The translations under genes and the position numbers were made by a program. 64,000 nt of DNA, from NCBI RefSeq assembly GCF_002571385.2, contig NW_019217899.1:62001-126000 (forward strand). Reading direction: 5' to 3'. This document shows positions 12,055 to 23,414 of the stretch, one piece after another (positions within the stretch are counted from its first letter, which is position 1; each line of letters begins with the position of its first letter). Origin of the DNA: Stylophora pistillata. Its lineage: Eukaryota. The notes under the pieces were generated by a model, which was given only the letters and a program-made list of their open reading frames with translations, had not been told where the DNA came from and ran no database searches.

Positions 12055-15000
12055 CTAAAGGCTAACAGTAACCAAATCTCCGCAGTGAAGGATGACTGGA
12101 TTTCGATGTTCTTTAGTCACATGTTCCAAGTGAACTCCAAAAGGCATCTGAAAAATAGGGAATAACGAAACACACTAACGTCATTCTTATAAGAAGGCCC
12201 ACATTCATCAATAACGATAACATCGAGTTAGGCGTCAACAACCTGATCATCATTATATCGATGGAAAACATCACATACAACAGTCAACGCCACTTTTTTT
12301 GGCACTAAATGGGTGAAAATCTGTTATTGAGACTTTCTAGAACGAAATCGTGGCTACCGAAAGCCCATTGGTAATGGTAACGAGACTGATTTGAGTCAAA
12401 TTCAGGGAGCATGCGGGGGAGTTGTTGAAATTTGCTATGTGATTACGAGTACATGAAGCAATCCGCGTCAAAGATTTTTTCCTTAAAACATACCTTTGAT
12501 CCTCGCATTTTCCCAAGAGTTTTCATCGGTTGAACACTCCTGACTCCAGTTTCTTGGTCAACACACACCATTTGGCACCGACTACACTTTCCTTTGCTCT
12601 GAGGAGTACAACAATTAGAAATAAACAACAGTAAGTCATAACTAACAACCACTTGGAAATTTAACATACACGATTATTCCTCTTTTCAGCAAATATATCT
12701 CATCTTTTTTAAATAGAGGACTCCCAAATATTTGTTTCTTTGTTTTAGTTGTTTAAGCAGGCGGTAATTTGGCAGTTCTATGCTAAACAATCCGAGTTAG
12801 AAATGGTGCTAGTACGACCGAGATATAAAAGAATAACTCGCTCAAAACTAGCAAACAACCATAACCATAGAAATTCTTCCACCTCAAAAACCAAATGTCC
12901 AATTTTCACAGTTTTCCAATAGTCTTCTTCGAACGCCTCTCCACCAGCAACAATTAAATTAGCTCTGAACCTTTTGGCCAGTGTTTCCACATGGAGCTGC
13001 AAGATAACAGAGAGAATAAGAGACAGTGAAAGACAATCCATTCCAAGCTCTTGAACAAAAGCTCATCTTTCAAATCGGCAGTCAAAATCTCACAGGTATC
13101 AACGAACGCTTTTCATTCCACTAATTTATTCATGTTTTTCTCGTTGCCATGTTCCCACCAATAACGTAGCTTCATTTTCTGCCTTTAAAAGCACACGCAA
13201 CCCACAATTCCTCTATTCGCTCCGACGAAGGGCTAACGCTCGAAATGTCAGCTTTTCTAATCGTAACGGTGGCCAATTTACCATTTCAACTTTGCTGATC
13301 TATTAAAATTATTTAATAATTGTTAGTTTGAGATGGACACGAAGATCTGTTTCTTGAGACGTCTGCGGCACAAGACTCGATCTGCGATTATGGACGGTGC
13401 CTGATCGCCACTGCGCACTCGAGCTGCGCATCACGTTATGATTATGCCCGCAATGATCACGCAAGAGACTAGTCTTCCTCGCAGCCGTTTTTTTTGGAGG
13501 GGCGTTGCGTGACATCCAAAAAAAAAACGGCTGCGAGGGAGACTAGCAAGAGACCAGCCGCGGTGAAAGGGATGTTTACCCCTATAATTCAAATATTGGT
13601 TTTAAAATGATTTAACCGTGCTACCTTTGGTTAAAACCGAAAATGAAAATTTAATGGACAAGCTCCGATGAAAGTAGACCATGTAAATAACTTATTTTAA
13701 AAGAAGAGAACGATAGATGCATATAAAGTTTTTTCTCAGAAAGATTAATTACAAACATGAAATCATTAAATGTTTAAAAATTTGTCCAAACACGCCTGTG
13801 GATCACTTGTCTCCTGGAAAATAGACAAGAAATATTTCGAGGCATAAGAATTCTTCTAAACATTTCTTGGTGGTCTGTTAGAAGCGAAAAACGTACAAAC
13901 TTCTTGGGTGTTCGAAACCCGGCCGCGCAGTAGATCACAAGAATTCCTCGCTATGATCGTTGTTTAGTTGACTATATGGCTATAGAAAATTGTGTAGCGT
14001 TAAGTTGAAAATCAATAGTGCATTTCATAACCTTACCATTCGTTTATAGTTTATAGTGGTTATGGTTCTAATAGCGCGTAAAATAATTTTTTTCTGAAGG
14101 ACGCCCCCAAAGGTCTACTGTATCCTTAACTTTGACGACTTCCGCTCAGGTTGTAGAAACATCAGTCCTGACTACTACCCGGACGATCAGAGTGCACAAT
14201 CAAATGTTACTCCTCGGTTCAAATTTTCTGCAGTAAGTAACTAATCACCCCAAAATGTAGGAAAAAAGCGACTGAAACACACACCTCGCCAAAATGCCGC
14301 ACAACCAGCAGTTTGGTTGTCTCAGAGGTACAGTCAAGTCAAAAAACAGGAGAGGAAGATAAGTTCCAAGTAGTAAGACGTTGTTAATAGTTAACTGTGG
14401 TCTCCTACAACTTTTCATTTACTTCTCTGAGCTCGTCCACAAAGTAAACATTTCGAGTAACTTCAGAATTTACGACTAGATGCAGTCTCGTCCAATTCGA
14501 CAAGCAGTTCACTGTTTCTTAACAGGAATCATTTACGCCACAAGCGCAGCAAACAAGGAGTCTAGTTACGTTACCATTGATAGCTATTGACACCATTTGT
14601 TACAACAGTTTAGTAGCATGCAAAACTCACCTCAGTAACTAAAGAAGATGAAGTTAAAGGTTGTTCTTGATTAACACTGTTCAGAAGTTCACTGACACTT
14701 TCCCGGGTTACCAGGAGGAACTGCGATTCATTAGCAAGAGAAAGAGACTTGCTTCCCTTGTCACCTCGTTGTTTTACTTCTATCACAAAAAGGAATAATC
14801 AGTTTGGGAAATAAGATAAGATGGATAAGATAGTTTACTTATCCACCTAACGCTTAGGAGCATTTAGCATACTCGTTTACAATGCGCACGTGCAATTACA
14901 AAATACTGAAAATAAAGAACATTACACAAGTATAAAAGACTATAAATAATCATGTGCAGGGCACAACAACAAATTCTTATTATGGTACAAGGTTTAATCT

Positions 15001-18000
15001 TATTATACTTCTAAAAGTATTCACATTACCAGTAATTCTCGCAGTGCGTGCTAAAGTATTCCAAATGTGGCTGGCTATGGATGCAAAGGAATTAACGTGC
15101 TACTTTGCTCAAGCTTAGTGTCTGAGCCTCTAAGATAATAATTGACTGTACGAAGTTTAAAGATGTCTTTAATGTAACTAGGGCCATTCCATTGAAACTT
15201 TTGAAAAGTAGGATCGAAACATGAGAAAACCTCCTTTGTTCTAGTGTACGCCTGTTAATTAATCTAAGAATACTACCATACAAAGTGGACTTAGGTAAAC
15301 CCAGTAACGTTCTGAGAATATAGTAATTTGCATATTCTAATTTATCAGATAAAGATTTAGTTATTCCAATAAGTATTGGGCCACAATACTCAAGATAAGG
15401 AAGAATAAAAGCCCTATATAATTGAATCATTACATGCATTGGAATAAAACGTCTAATTCTAAGCAGACCTTAGCAAAGCGTTTGTCTTAGCAAAGGTCAG
15501 GTTCGAGTCAATGATGACTCCTAGTATGTTTAGAGAGTCTTATTTCCACGCCTAGCTACGTCATCACTTGTCGCCAAAGATTCAAAGTGTGCTAAAGGAA
15601 TCACAAGAATACCACAAAATAAGCATAATAGTACAATACTACTACGGAAAGTTGAGAATCCGTGAGTTTGTCAATATTAACCTCCCAGTTTACAAGTCCG
15701 GCTATCATCCATGTCTTGTTGAATGAGTCGACAGTTTCTGTTCAAAAATGTTGACACCCACGAGGCAGCGTGCTCCCCACAATCTATTGCTGAGATCCTA
15801 CAGTAACAAGAGAGAACTGAATCAAACACTGAACTGCACAACCCTGAATCCTTGATCAACGATCAAGGGGAAATACTGGTGTGAAGGGATAGGCAAGTCG
15901 TACTCACTGACAAACCGTTCCCGACAAAAAGGCCATACGAGCTTCCACATTGACCATGAAAGCCTCACACCTTCATACAATAAGTTGTTAACAGTTATCA
16001 GTACAAATAGCCTTTGATATACTGTGGGTTTGAGGGATTGGTTATGTGGGTTACATGCCGTGATGCACGAGGGGGATTGAGGGAGAGCGAGAAAATTTTC
16101 TTGTTTCACCACCCACTTTGGTAGAGGCTTTTTCTCATTTATTGCATGTCCACATTTGATTCCTTGGGGAAGAAATTGTCTTCCAAAGTCAAACGAGATT
16201 CTCTTTAACAATTAAGTAGGACGTAAATTTATGATTTACCTGTCCCCACAGACTTTGCTTTGACAAAATCTCGCGACCTGTTTATAATTCTCAGATGTCA
16301 GGGGCAGAGGCAACACTAGGTCAGGCATTCCTAATTAAAACAAACAATTTTAACACCAATACACAATCGATATTTTTAACTGTATGCCTCTGCTAGAATA
16401 CAGATAAAAGAACACAAATTGACAAAAAAGGCATCTAGAGGTTCGCCCCAAATGAGAGTCCGCCCACTGAAGTCAAACTTGTTCGCACCCATCTTNNNNN
16501 NNNNNNNNNNNNNNNNNNNNNNNNNNNNNNNNNNNNNNNNNNNNNNNNNNNNNNNNNNNNNNNNNNNNNNNNNNNNNNNNNNNNNNNNNNNNNNNNNNNN
16601 NNNNNNNNNNNNNNNNNNNNNNNNNNNNNNNNNNNNNNNNNNNNNNNNNNNNNNNNNNNNNNNNNNNNNNNNNNNNNNNNNNNNNNNNNNNNNNNNNNNN
16701 NNNNNNNNNNNNNNNNNNNNNNNNNNNNNNNNNNNNNNNNNNNNNNNNNNNNNNNNNNNNNNNNNNNNNNNNNNNNNNNNNNNNNNNNNNNNNNNNNNNN
16801 NNNNNNNNNNNNNNNNNNNNNNNNNNNNNNNNNNNNNNNNNNNNNNNNNNNNNNNNNNNNNNNNNNNNNNNNNNNNNNNNNNNNNNNNNNNNNNNNNNNN
16901 NNNNNNNNNNNNNNNNNNNNNNNNNNNNNNNNNNNNNNNNNNNNNNNNNNNTTACCTTTACCAGTTCGCCCCCACCCTTCATAGTTCGTCTTTACCTTTA
17001 CCAGTTCGCCCCCACCCTTCATAGTTCGTCTTTACCTTTACCAGTTCGCCCCCACCCTTCATAGTTCGTCTTTACCTTTACCAGTTCGCCCCCACCCTTC
17101 ATAGTTCGTCTTTACCTTTATCAGTTCGCTCCCACCCTTCATAGTTCGTCCTTACCTTTACCAGTTCGTTCCCACGATCTCTCAACTTGTTTCCTCGCTG
17201 CAGATATATTTATTTTCTGTCGAAATAATACTATAATTCGACCAACGTACCTCTACTCGTGATCGGCATTAAGGTCCTATTTGTTTACCTGTCGCAGTGA
17301 CTGATAGTGTTCCATTTTTAAGATCCAATACAGGTTTTATCAGACACAACTTCGCTTCTCTCTTCTGTGTCAGACAAATCTTGGAGTCAGTGACAATCAT
17401 CCATTGACGATCAAAAACAAATCCTCTGTTACCAACTTCCCACTCGTATACCTGACACAAGAACAACAAACTTTATTTAGCTTTCCGTTACTTAAATTAT
17501 CTCTTAGAAGAAAGCAGGAAGATAAGACCTTCTAAAAAGAGCCCCATACGTGTTATTTGGTATAAATTTTAGAGCAATTATTTATTTCCCATTTCTACAA
17601 TTAGTCAGGATGCAAATGATGCTACTTCCAACTTTTGCATGTTTTTTTTTTAAGGTGTAATTACCAACAGTTAAAAACAGATCTGTGTTTGTTTCCTGAG
17701 GTTTTGTGTGAAATCCCTTGAGAAGGAATTCAAGCGATTTGAGCAAATCCAATGGATTTCCCTTGAACTTACAGAACAGTGGATAAGACTCTGTCATTTA
17801 ACTCTTGTTTAGGTAGGTTATTTAAAGTTAGCTGATATTTTTTCAGCTACCAACACTATTACCTCAAATGCAGCACAAGACTTGACAGGGTAAAGGCAGA
17901 TCTTTTCCAACTTCAGATGCTTATTTGGATTAGCAACACATTCTTGAGGTGCATGTGCATGCATGTCACAATGATTAGGCATCATAGTTCTGACATACAT

Positions 18001-21000
18001 ATCAATTATAGGATTTCTTGGACTTGCAGTTGACTCCACACTTGAATTCCACTCCATAATGTTTTTAAACTTTGCATTTAAAGCAAAGTCTTCAGACTGC
18101 TTGTCCAAAATGGAACTGGAATGTAACTCAGCACTTTCAGATCTCTCTGCATCTAAAGACCTGTTTGAATTGCTTTCCAGGAAGCATTCCCTTATGAATG
18201 TTAAAAACGATTTTGCATCTGAAAAGTTAGACATGTAACCAAATGAGATTCTCACAGAGCCAGTAGGTTTGCCACCAATGAGATCCACATCATCCCCACA
18301 CACATGACCTTCAGACATATTTTTCTTCACTTGCTCACTGGAAAGGCTCAGATACTTCTGACATGCCCCCATGTTACAAAAACAGCCTGTTCTTAGATGA
18401 ACATTGTAAAGACTGGCCATCTTTCCTACCTGTAGAAATAAAGACTCAGGTAGCTACCTAGAAACACAACAGCAATGACACAACCCCAGAAAAGTGCTCA
18501 ATTGGAAATGAAATGCAAATGTTACTAAATTAGCATAATGTTGCATACCTCACTGTAGCCAACAAACTCTCCATTTGCTCTTAGCAGGTTAAAGTTTATT
18601 ACAGGGCCCTGCTTTGTGTTGTCCTTAAAGTCTGTTTCACAGTAAATTTTACACAAAGAGTTTCCAGAAGTGTGTGTCATTGCAGACATCTTTTCATAAA
18701 CATACAAAGCAATGCTATGGGTGTGATTCAACACATCTGTCAGTGATCCTACCAGCTGTTCATACAGTTGAAAGGAATGATGCAAAGCAATGATCTGAAG
18801 AAAGGGAACTGTGCCATCTTCAAACCTGAAAAGTTGAGGAAATTTTTTATCATGAATTACATATACTAGCTTAAATTAAGGTACAACTCAGGGCTCAACA
18901 CTAATGGTAGCCCACTAGCCACAGACTAGTAGAAATTCAGTTTTGGCTATTGGATTTTGGTTTCCACTAGCCAGTTTGGCTGGTAAACGAACTGACACTG
19001 TCGTAGCATCTAAGATGTCACCAGCCACTTGGCTAGTAGGTTGAAAAGTTATTGTTGAACCCTGCAACTAATATATCCAAATAAGGCAACAAACTTGAAA
19101 AAAGAAAGCAATCTTGATATTTTGGTATTTAAATTTGAAAAATCTATGAATGATGAATTTCAAGTTGAAAATTTGGATGCTGCCTTGGTAGTTTCAAACC
19201 CTGGATCTCTTGCCTTCCTTTCAATTCAAACCCATTAGAATATAGAAATGATAGACCTCTCTTTGCAATCCATGGTAAACCCAATTCATTTTTCAGTAAA
19301 CAAGTCAGAAGAATAATTAGGTGGACTGCAATATCCTGATATGACACTGAATTCCCTTATTAACTGATTTACAAGAAAATGTATGGCAGCTGAAAGGGAG
19401 AATTACTAACTACTTCATTACTCAAACTGAGGTAGTAGGGAAAATCTCAAACTGAGGCCTAGCCAAATAAACGTTTGAGATTTTCCCCTATTATGACCAA
19501 ATCGTGGAGATTCATAAGTTATTCATTAAATGGCCTATGAATTGAGGAAAAAAATGTATTGCAGTGGAAGTGGTTAATTAAATTCCGTGATGCATGGGTT
19601 TGCCAATTCATGCAATTACTTAAACCTTTAGCAAAACCCCAAACTGAACTTTGCCAGTGTATCATGTTTTCTGCCCAGAACTCACTTATTTTTGGGGAAA
19701 ATGATCTCTTGCTTGCACAGCCTTAAGAAAGTATTTTGGTAGAGAGGTGCACAACTGATGAGAAAAATTTTGTTTAACTTTCAAGGCAAAACATCAACTG
19801 GAATGCATACAGAAAAGAGCTTCAAAATAGTCCAAACAGATACAGCCTCTTGGTAAAAGAAAGTACAAATGCTTCTAAATGCACTGTTCAGAATATTTCA
19901 GCCTTTGCCTTAGTTTGCTTTTGACATCATATGTTATATTAGATGTAAGATTGAATTTACCTTTCCAGCACAATCTCAAAGGTAACTTTAAACTGTACCT
20001 TCACTTCATTTTCATTCACTTGAATTTTAAAAAAAGAAGAGAGCTGCCACAGTACTTGGGTGACTTTTCTGCACTTCCTAATCTGCATAATCCTGAATCA
20101 GCCCTGTATAATGCCCTGCTTTAATCTTGCTCTTACCCAATCAGAGCATGCCTCTTATTGACCACAAACCAAAGCCATATAGAAAATATACTCAATGTGT
20201 GGTTCCTTAAAATAAAATACTGGACAGGTACTTCTCATGCATGGTACTAGAGTTAAAAGCCACATTCCCTCAAACATCTTTTCTAGAGCACTCCCCCCCA
20301 CCCTTAGGAATTACTAAATTTATTTCTACTTCAATTTGCAGCCAAAATAAATGCCTGTGATTGTGTTTGGAAAATCAAATATTAAGTCTTTCAGTGCAAC
20401 ATTTTACTGCCTTCAAGAGTATTGTGAACGTGATCTAATCCCAAGGACACTTTATTTTTGTTTTGCTCTGCAAAAATATTCTCTAATCTTCTCTAATCTA
20501 AGCTTTAATAAGTGACATTACACAAATTACCTAAAGGATACTGAGACTATAAAAAAACTGTAGTTAAATCAACATTTGTCACATACAACACTCAATGGTC
20601 GGTATATAACTATCAGCTCCTTCCATCTCCTAGGAATTATAATTATAATAATAGCTATTTGTACATGCATGTAAATCTTTCTAGTGTCAAATACAAAAGA
20701 AATAATAGAGAAAAAATGTAATAAACTTACTTTTCAGCAAGATTGTTCTTAAGGATATGAAACCTTTCATCAGAAATTGTTGCTTGCACTGTTCCTCCAC
20801 CATAATAACACTTTTTTAGTAAATGTGAACTACTGTTCTTTACAATAAGAGCACCTAACCCTGTGGGAAAACCAAACATCTTGTAGAAAGAAATGGGAAT
20901 ATAATCTGCTGGACATGATGCTAAGTCCAATGGAGAGGTGCTCACAAATGAAGATGCATCCAAAACAACAAACCAATGGCACCAAGGACTCTTGTTGACT

Positions 21001-22888
21001 AACAATCCCTGTTTAACTTGTGAAATCCATTTAAGAGGATACTTCTTCCCTGAGAAATTACACATTGCAGGAAAAGCAAATAAATTATGGCAAAGGTCAA
21101 CAGTCTCTTGGTCACCATTGCTCCTGGAATTAAATTGTTTTAGATCAGAATCTTCCTCTCTCTCTTCTGTTGAATAGGAGATTTGTTCTTCCAAGTCTTT
21201 TTCATTAACAGAAATAATTTGAGCCCCTTTTGAAGCAGCTATTTCTCTCATACCAACCACTGACGTATGATTCTCTTGAAGGTAACAAAATTTACTTTGA
21301 TGAGCACTTTCTTTACTGATGGCTCCCCTCCAATCAAAGCTTTCGGCCAAAAGTTTCAATGCAGCAGTAGCACCAGAAGTGAAAATCACAGTATGTTGTT
21401 CTGAAGATGTATTGAAATGCTTTAAAATCCTTGTGCGGACTTGCTGAATGACATCACTAGAAAGCTGACTGCTTGGGTTCTTGCTGTGGGGATTTCCATA
21501 CACATTATAACTTAAGTCACTATAAGCATTTGCAATAACACTCTGTGGATACTGTGTTGTTCCAGCATGATCCAAGTATGTAATACCTACAACATATAAA
21601 TTACCTTATTATTAGTTAATTCAAATTATAATGATATAACTTCAGGTTCCCTTAAACACCAGGCACAAGAATATCTTTTTTAAAAGCTCAAGGGGAGAAT
21701 GTATCCACCAGGGATAGAACTCACAAAATCCTATGGTTGGTGTGTCATAAGATAGAAAAATTACAACCTTTCTATTACATTTCCTAACTGCTATTAATGA
21801 ACAATAATCTCATGATCTCAGGTTAATCACACACATCGAGTGATTTAAGCCCCATCTACACGAGCAATTTTTATATGGCAATTTTTATGTGGCAATTTTT
21901 ATCTGCTCGTGTAGATGATGAAAAATGACCAATTTTTATGTGACAACTACTTTTGCCGAAAAGCTGGCGCGTTAGTTTTTATGTAGCAAATAAAAATTGC
22001 CACATAAAAAAATTGTCCGTGTAGATGAGATGCCACATAAAATGTGACAAACATGCCTAAAGCTGCAACACGTCTGGCACGTCTTCTGACTTTCGCCATC
22101 TTGCTTTTATCCTTTCCATGAGCATCTCCGCTGTGCAAAATTATTACTGACGCAAATTAACAACAAATATTTGTCGAGTCATCTACATGGGCAAATAAAA
22201 ATTGCCACATAAAAATTGCTTGTGTAGACAGGGCTTTAGGGATCCTCAACAGGTGTCATATTTCACCTCTACCTCCCCAGAGCAGTAACCCCTCAATAGT
22301 GACCCCTCAGGGGGCCATCATGGAGAGGTTTGATTGTGGAATAATATCTCAATAGATAAACTTAGTACTCTATAAGAAATAAATTATTATTATTACTAAT
22401 TATTATGATTATTAAACTTATAAAAATAGGTTAAAGAACCATTCGGATCCCAGACAGAAATCACCATATTACATGAAGTAAATATCAATGAGGTGCTGCG
22501 CCACATTGATTGATATAAATTGAGCAAGTAGTCAATAGCCGGATGTTCTATGTTATGCAACAGTATAATTTCTACCTGGCCTTCTTAAAACAATATTCAG
22601 GTTCTTCTCTGATAACCGGATACCACTATGTACGTTCAGCTGAATTTGTTTAAGTTCTGACTAAGAAATAACCGCTAAACTTATGTTACGGTGTAGTAGA
22701 CAACAAATGAATTCCCACAAATTAATTGCATGATTTGAATGTCCGCAAACGGCCTCAAAAGAAAACGTATTCATACCTTCCAGTCGTTTAAATTCCTGTT
22801 TTCTTATTTGTTCAATTTTATTTCCATATCCATAATGTTTCCCGAAAGAATGCATAAACTCATCCTCCTCAACCTCTTTCTTCAGCAT
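12055..22888 (-). CDS. MOCOS: Molybdenum cofactor sulfurase (NifS-like PLP domain + MOSC domain), 11 exons
   Basis: Exons 22888-22777, 21586-20731, 18825-18549, 18429-17863, 17451-17289, 16330-16240, 15797-15682, 14779-14631, 12996-12883, 12598-12494, 12147-12055; all GT-AG with consistent phase. Motifs: YLDHAG, FTSGATAAL, SFYKMFGFPTGLGAL (PLP lysine), FEDGT, LRTGCFCN (catalytic Cys), LYPVKSCAAF, RFRANL, CSRC. Confidence 0.95.
13219..13300 (+). mobile_element. Penelope-like pLTR fragment with degenerate minimal hammerhead ribozyme
   Basis: gct-CCGACGA-agggctaacgctc-GAAATGTC-agc (canonical CTGANGA...GAAACGTC). Downstream ggtggccaatttac..tcaact is shared with the copy at ~36493. Confidence 0.65.
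13470..13545. mobile_element. 76-bp MITE with TAG...CTA termini and 9-bp TSD (AcademH-like)
   Basis: TIR tagtct.cctcgcagccgtttttttt / aaaaaaaacggctgcgagggagacta. Perfect TSD gcaagagac at 13461-13469 and 13546-13554. Confidence 0.88.
14125..14225 (+). mobile_element. Degenerate Penelope-like pLTR/hammerhead remnant
   Basis: gacttccgctcaggttgtagaaacatcagtc resembles a minimal hammerhead stem II plus GAAAC(G)TC with a damaged 5' core. Confidence 0.45.
14810..15560 (-). mobile_element. CR1/L2-type LINE 3' fragment in MOCOS intron 7
   Basis: LYRAFILPYLEYCGPI...TLEQRR ORF2 C-terminal signature; 3' tail of atctt repeats at ~14810-14833. Confidence 0.8.
16496..16951. other. Assembly gap (N run) abutting a minisatellite
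   Basis: Run of N. Confidence 1.
16952..17175. repeat. 40-bp minisatellite (at least 5.5 units) in MOCOS intron 5
   Basis: Unit ttacctttaccagttcgcccccacccttcatagttcgtct repeated almost perfectly. Related gttcgcc motifs occur on the left side of the gap (16440-16495). Confidence 0.95.
18889..19064. mobile_element. hAT-like MITE with 5-bp TSD (hAT5-type)
   Basis: TIR cagggctcaaca / tgttgaaccctg; direct repeat caact on both sides. Confidence 0.75.
21848..22235. mobile_element. Harbinger/PIF-type MITE in MOCOS intron 1
   Basis: TIR agccccatctacacgagcaatttttat / ataaaaattgcttgtgtagacagggct; TSD TTA; internal tggcaatttttat repeats. Confidence 0.85.
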
Positions 22889-23414
22889 TGTATGTCTGCC
22901 CCTTCGGCCGAATAAGCACTCACGCCCGATGTCCGAACGTTCACGTAAGGAATGCTCTGTTTTGATGAGAGATGACATACTAACCTGATGACGTCCGCGG
23001 TGCTCATATTTTATTATATCAGCGGTAGTAGGTATTGCTCAGTTTAGTGTTTAGTGTAAAAAGTAACGGTTATTCAGTGGTTCATCGTCCTCCTCCTTCA
23101 GAGGTCGCGGCTAAAAGGGATGACACAAAAGGACCTCATTCAATATTCTAGAAAACATATTTGGAGTGAAAATACAAAAAATGTAAATCAAAGAAAACAT
23201 AAAAATATGTTTTCTATAGAATTTTAATGAGGTCCTTTTGAGTCATCTCTTTTAACCGCGACCTCCTTTAGAGCAAAATAGTTTCCAGATGGGATGGAAA
23301 CTCGATTTTTCTCATATTAAAAATTGTTTATTTCACCTCCTTTAGAAGACTCAAAATGGAGACTCTTAGTGGGACACTATATGTCAAATTACATAACATA
23401 TCCGGCCAAGAGTT
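22889..23414. promoter_or_regulatory. Putative bidirectional promoter MOCOS/ZNF830
   Basis: Divergent start codons ~525 bp apart; locally CpG-richer; CRE-like tgacgt at ~22989. Confidence 0.65.
23101..23265. mobile_element. Palindromic MITE inside the bidirectional promoter
   Basis: 40-bp TIR gaggtcgcggctaaaagggatgacacaaaaggacctcatt versus aatgaggtccttttgagtcatctcttttaaccgcgacctc (3 mismatches). TSD unclear. Confidence 0.8.

Noticed and set aside
16952-17175. CRISPR-like array
   Set aside because: Units are contiguous with no unique spacers, the context is eukaryotic and there are no cas genes.
10213-22888. HS3ST + MOCOS as a sulfur-metabolism cluster
   Set aside because: Different sulfur donors (PAPS versus cysteine), different compartments and convergent orientation; adjacency is probably incidental.
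22889-22978. 30-aa N-terminal extension of MOCOS from the upstream ATG
   Set aside because: No similarity to MOCOS is evident and it overlaps promoter-like sequence; it cannot be excluded without TSS data.
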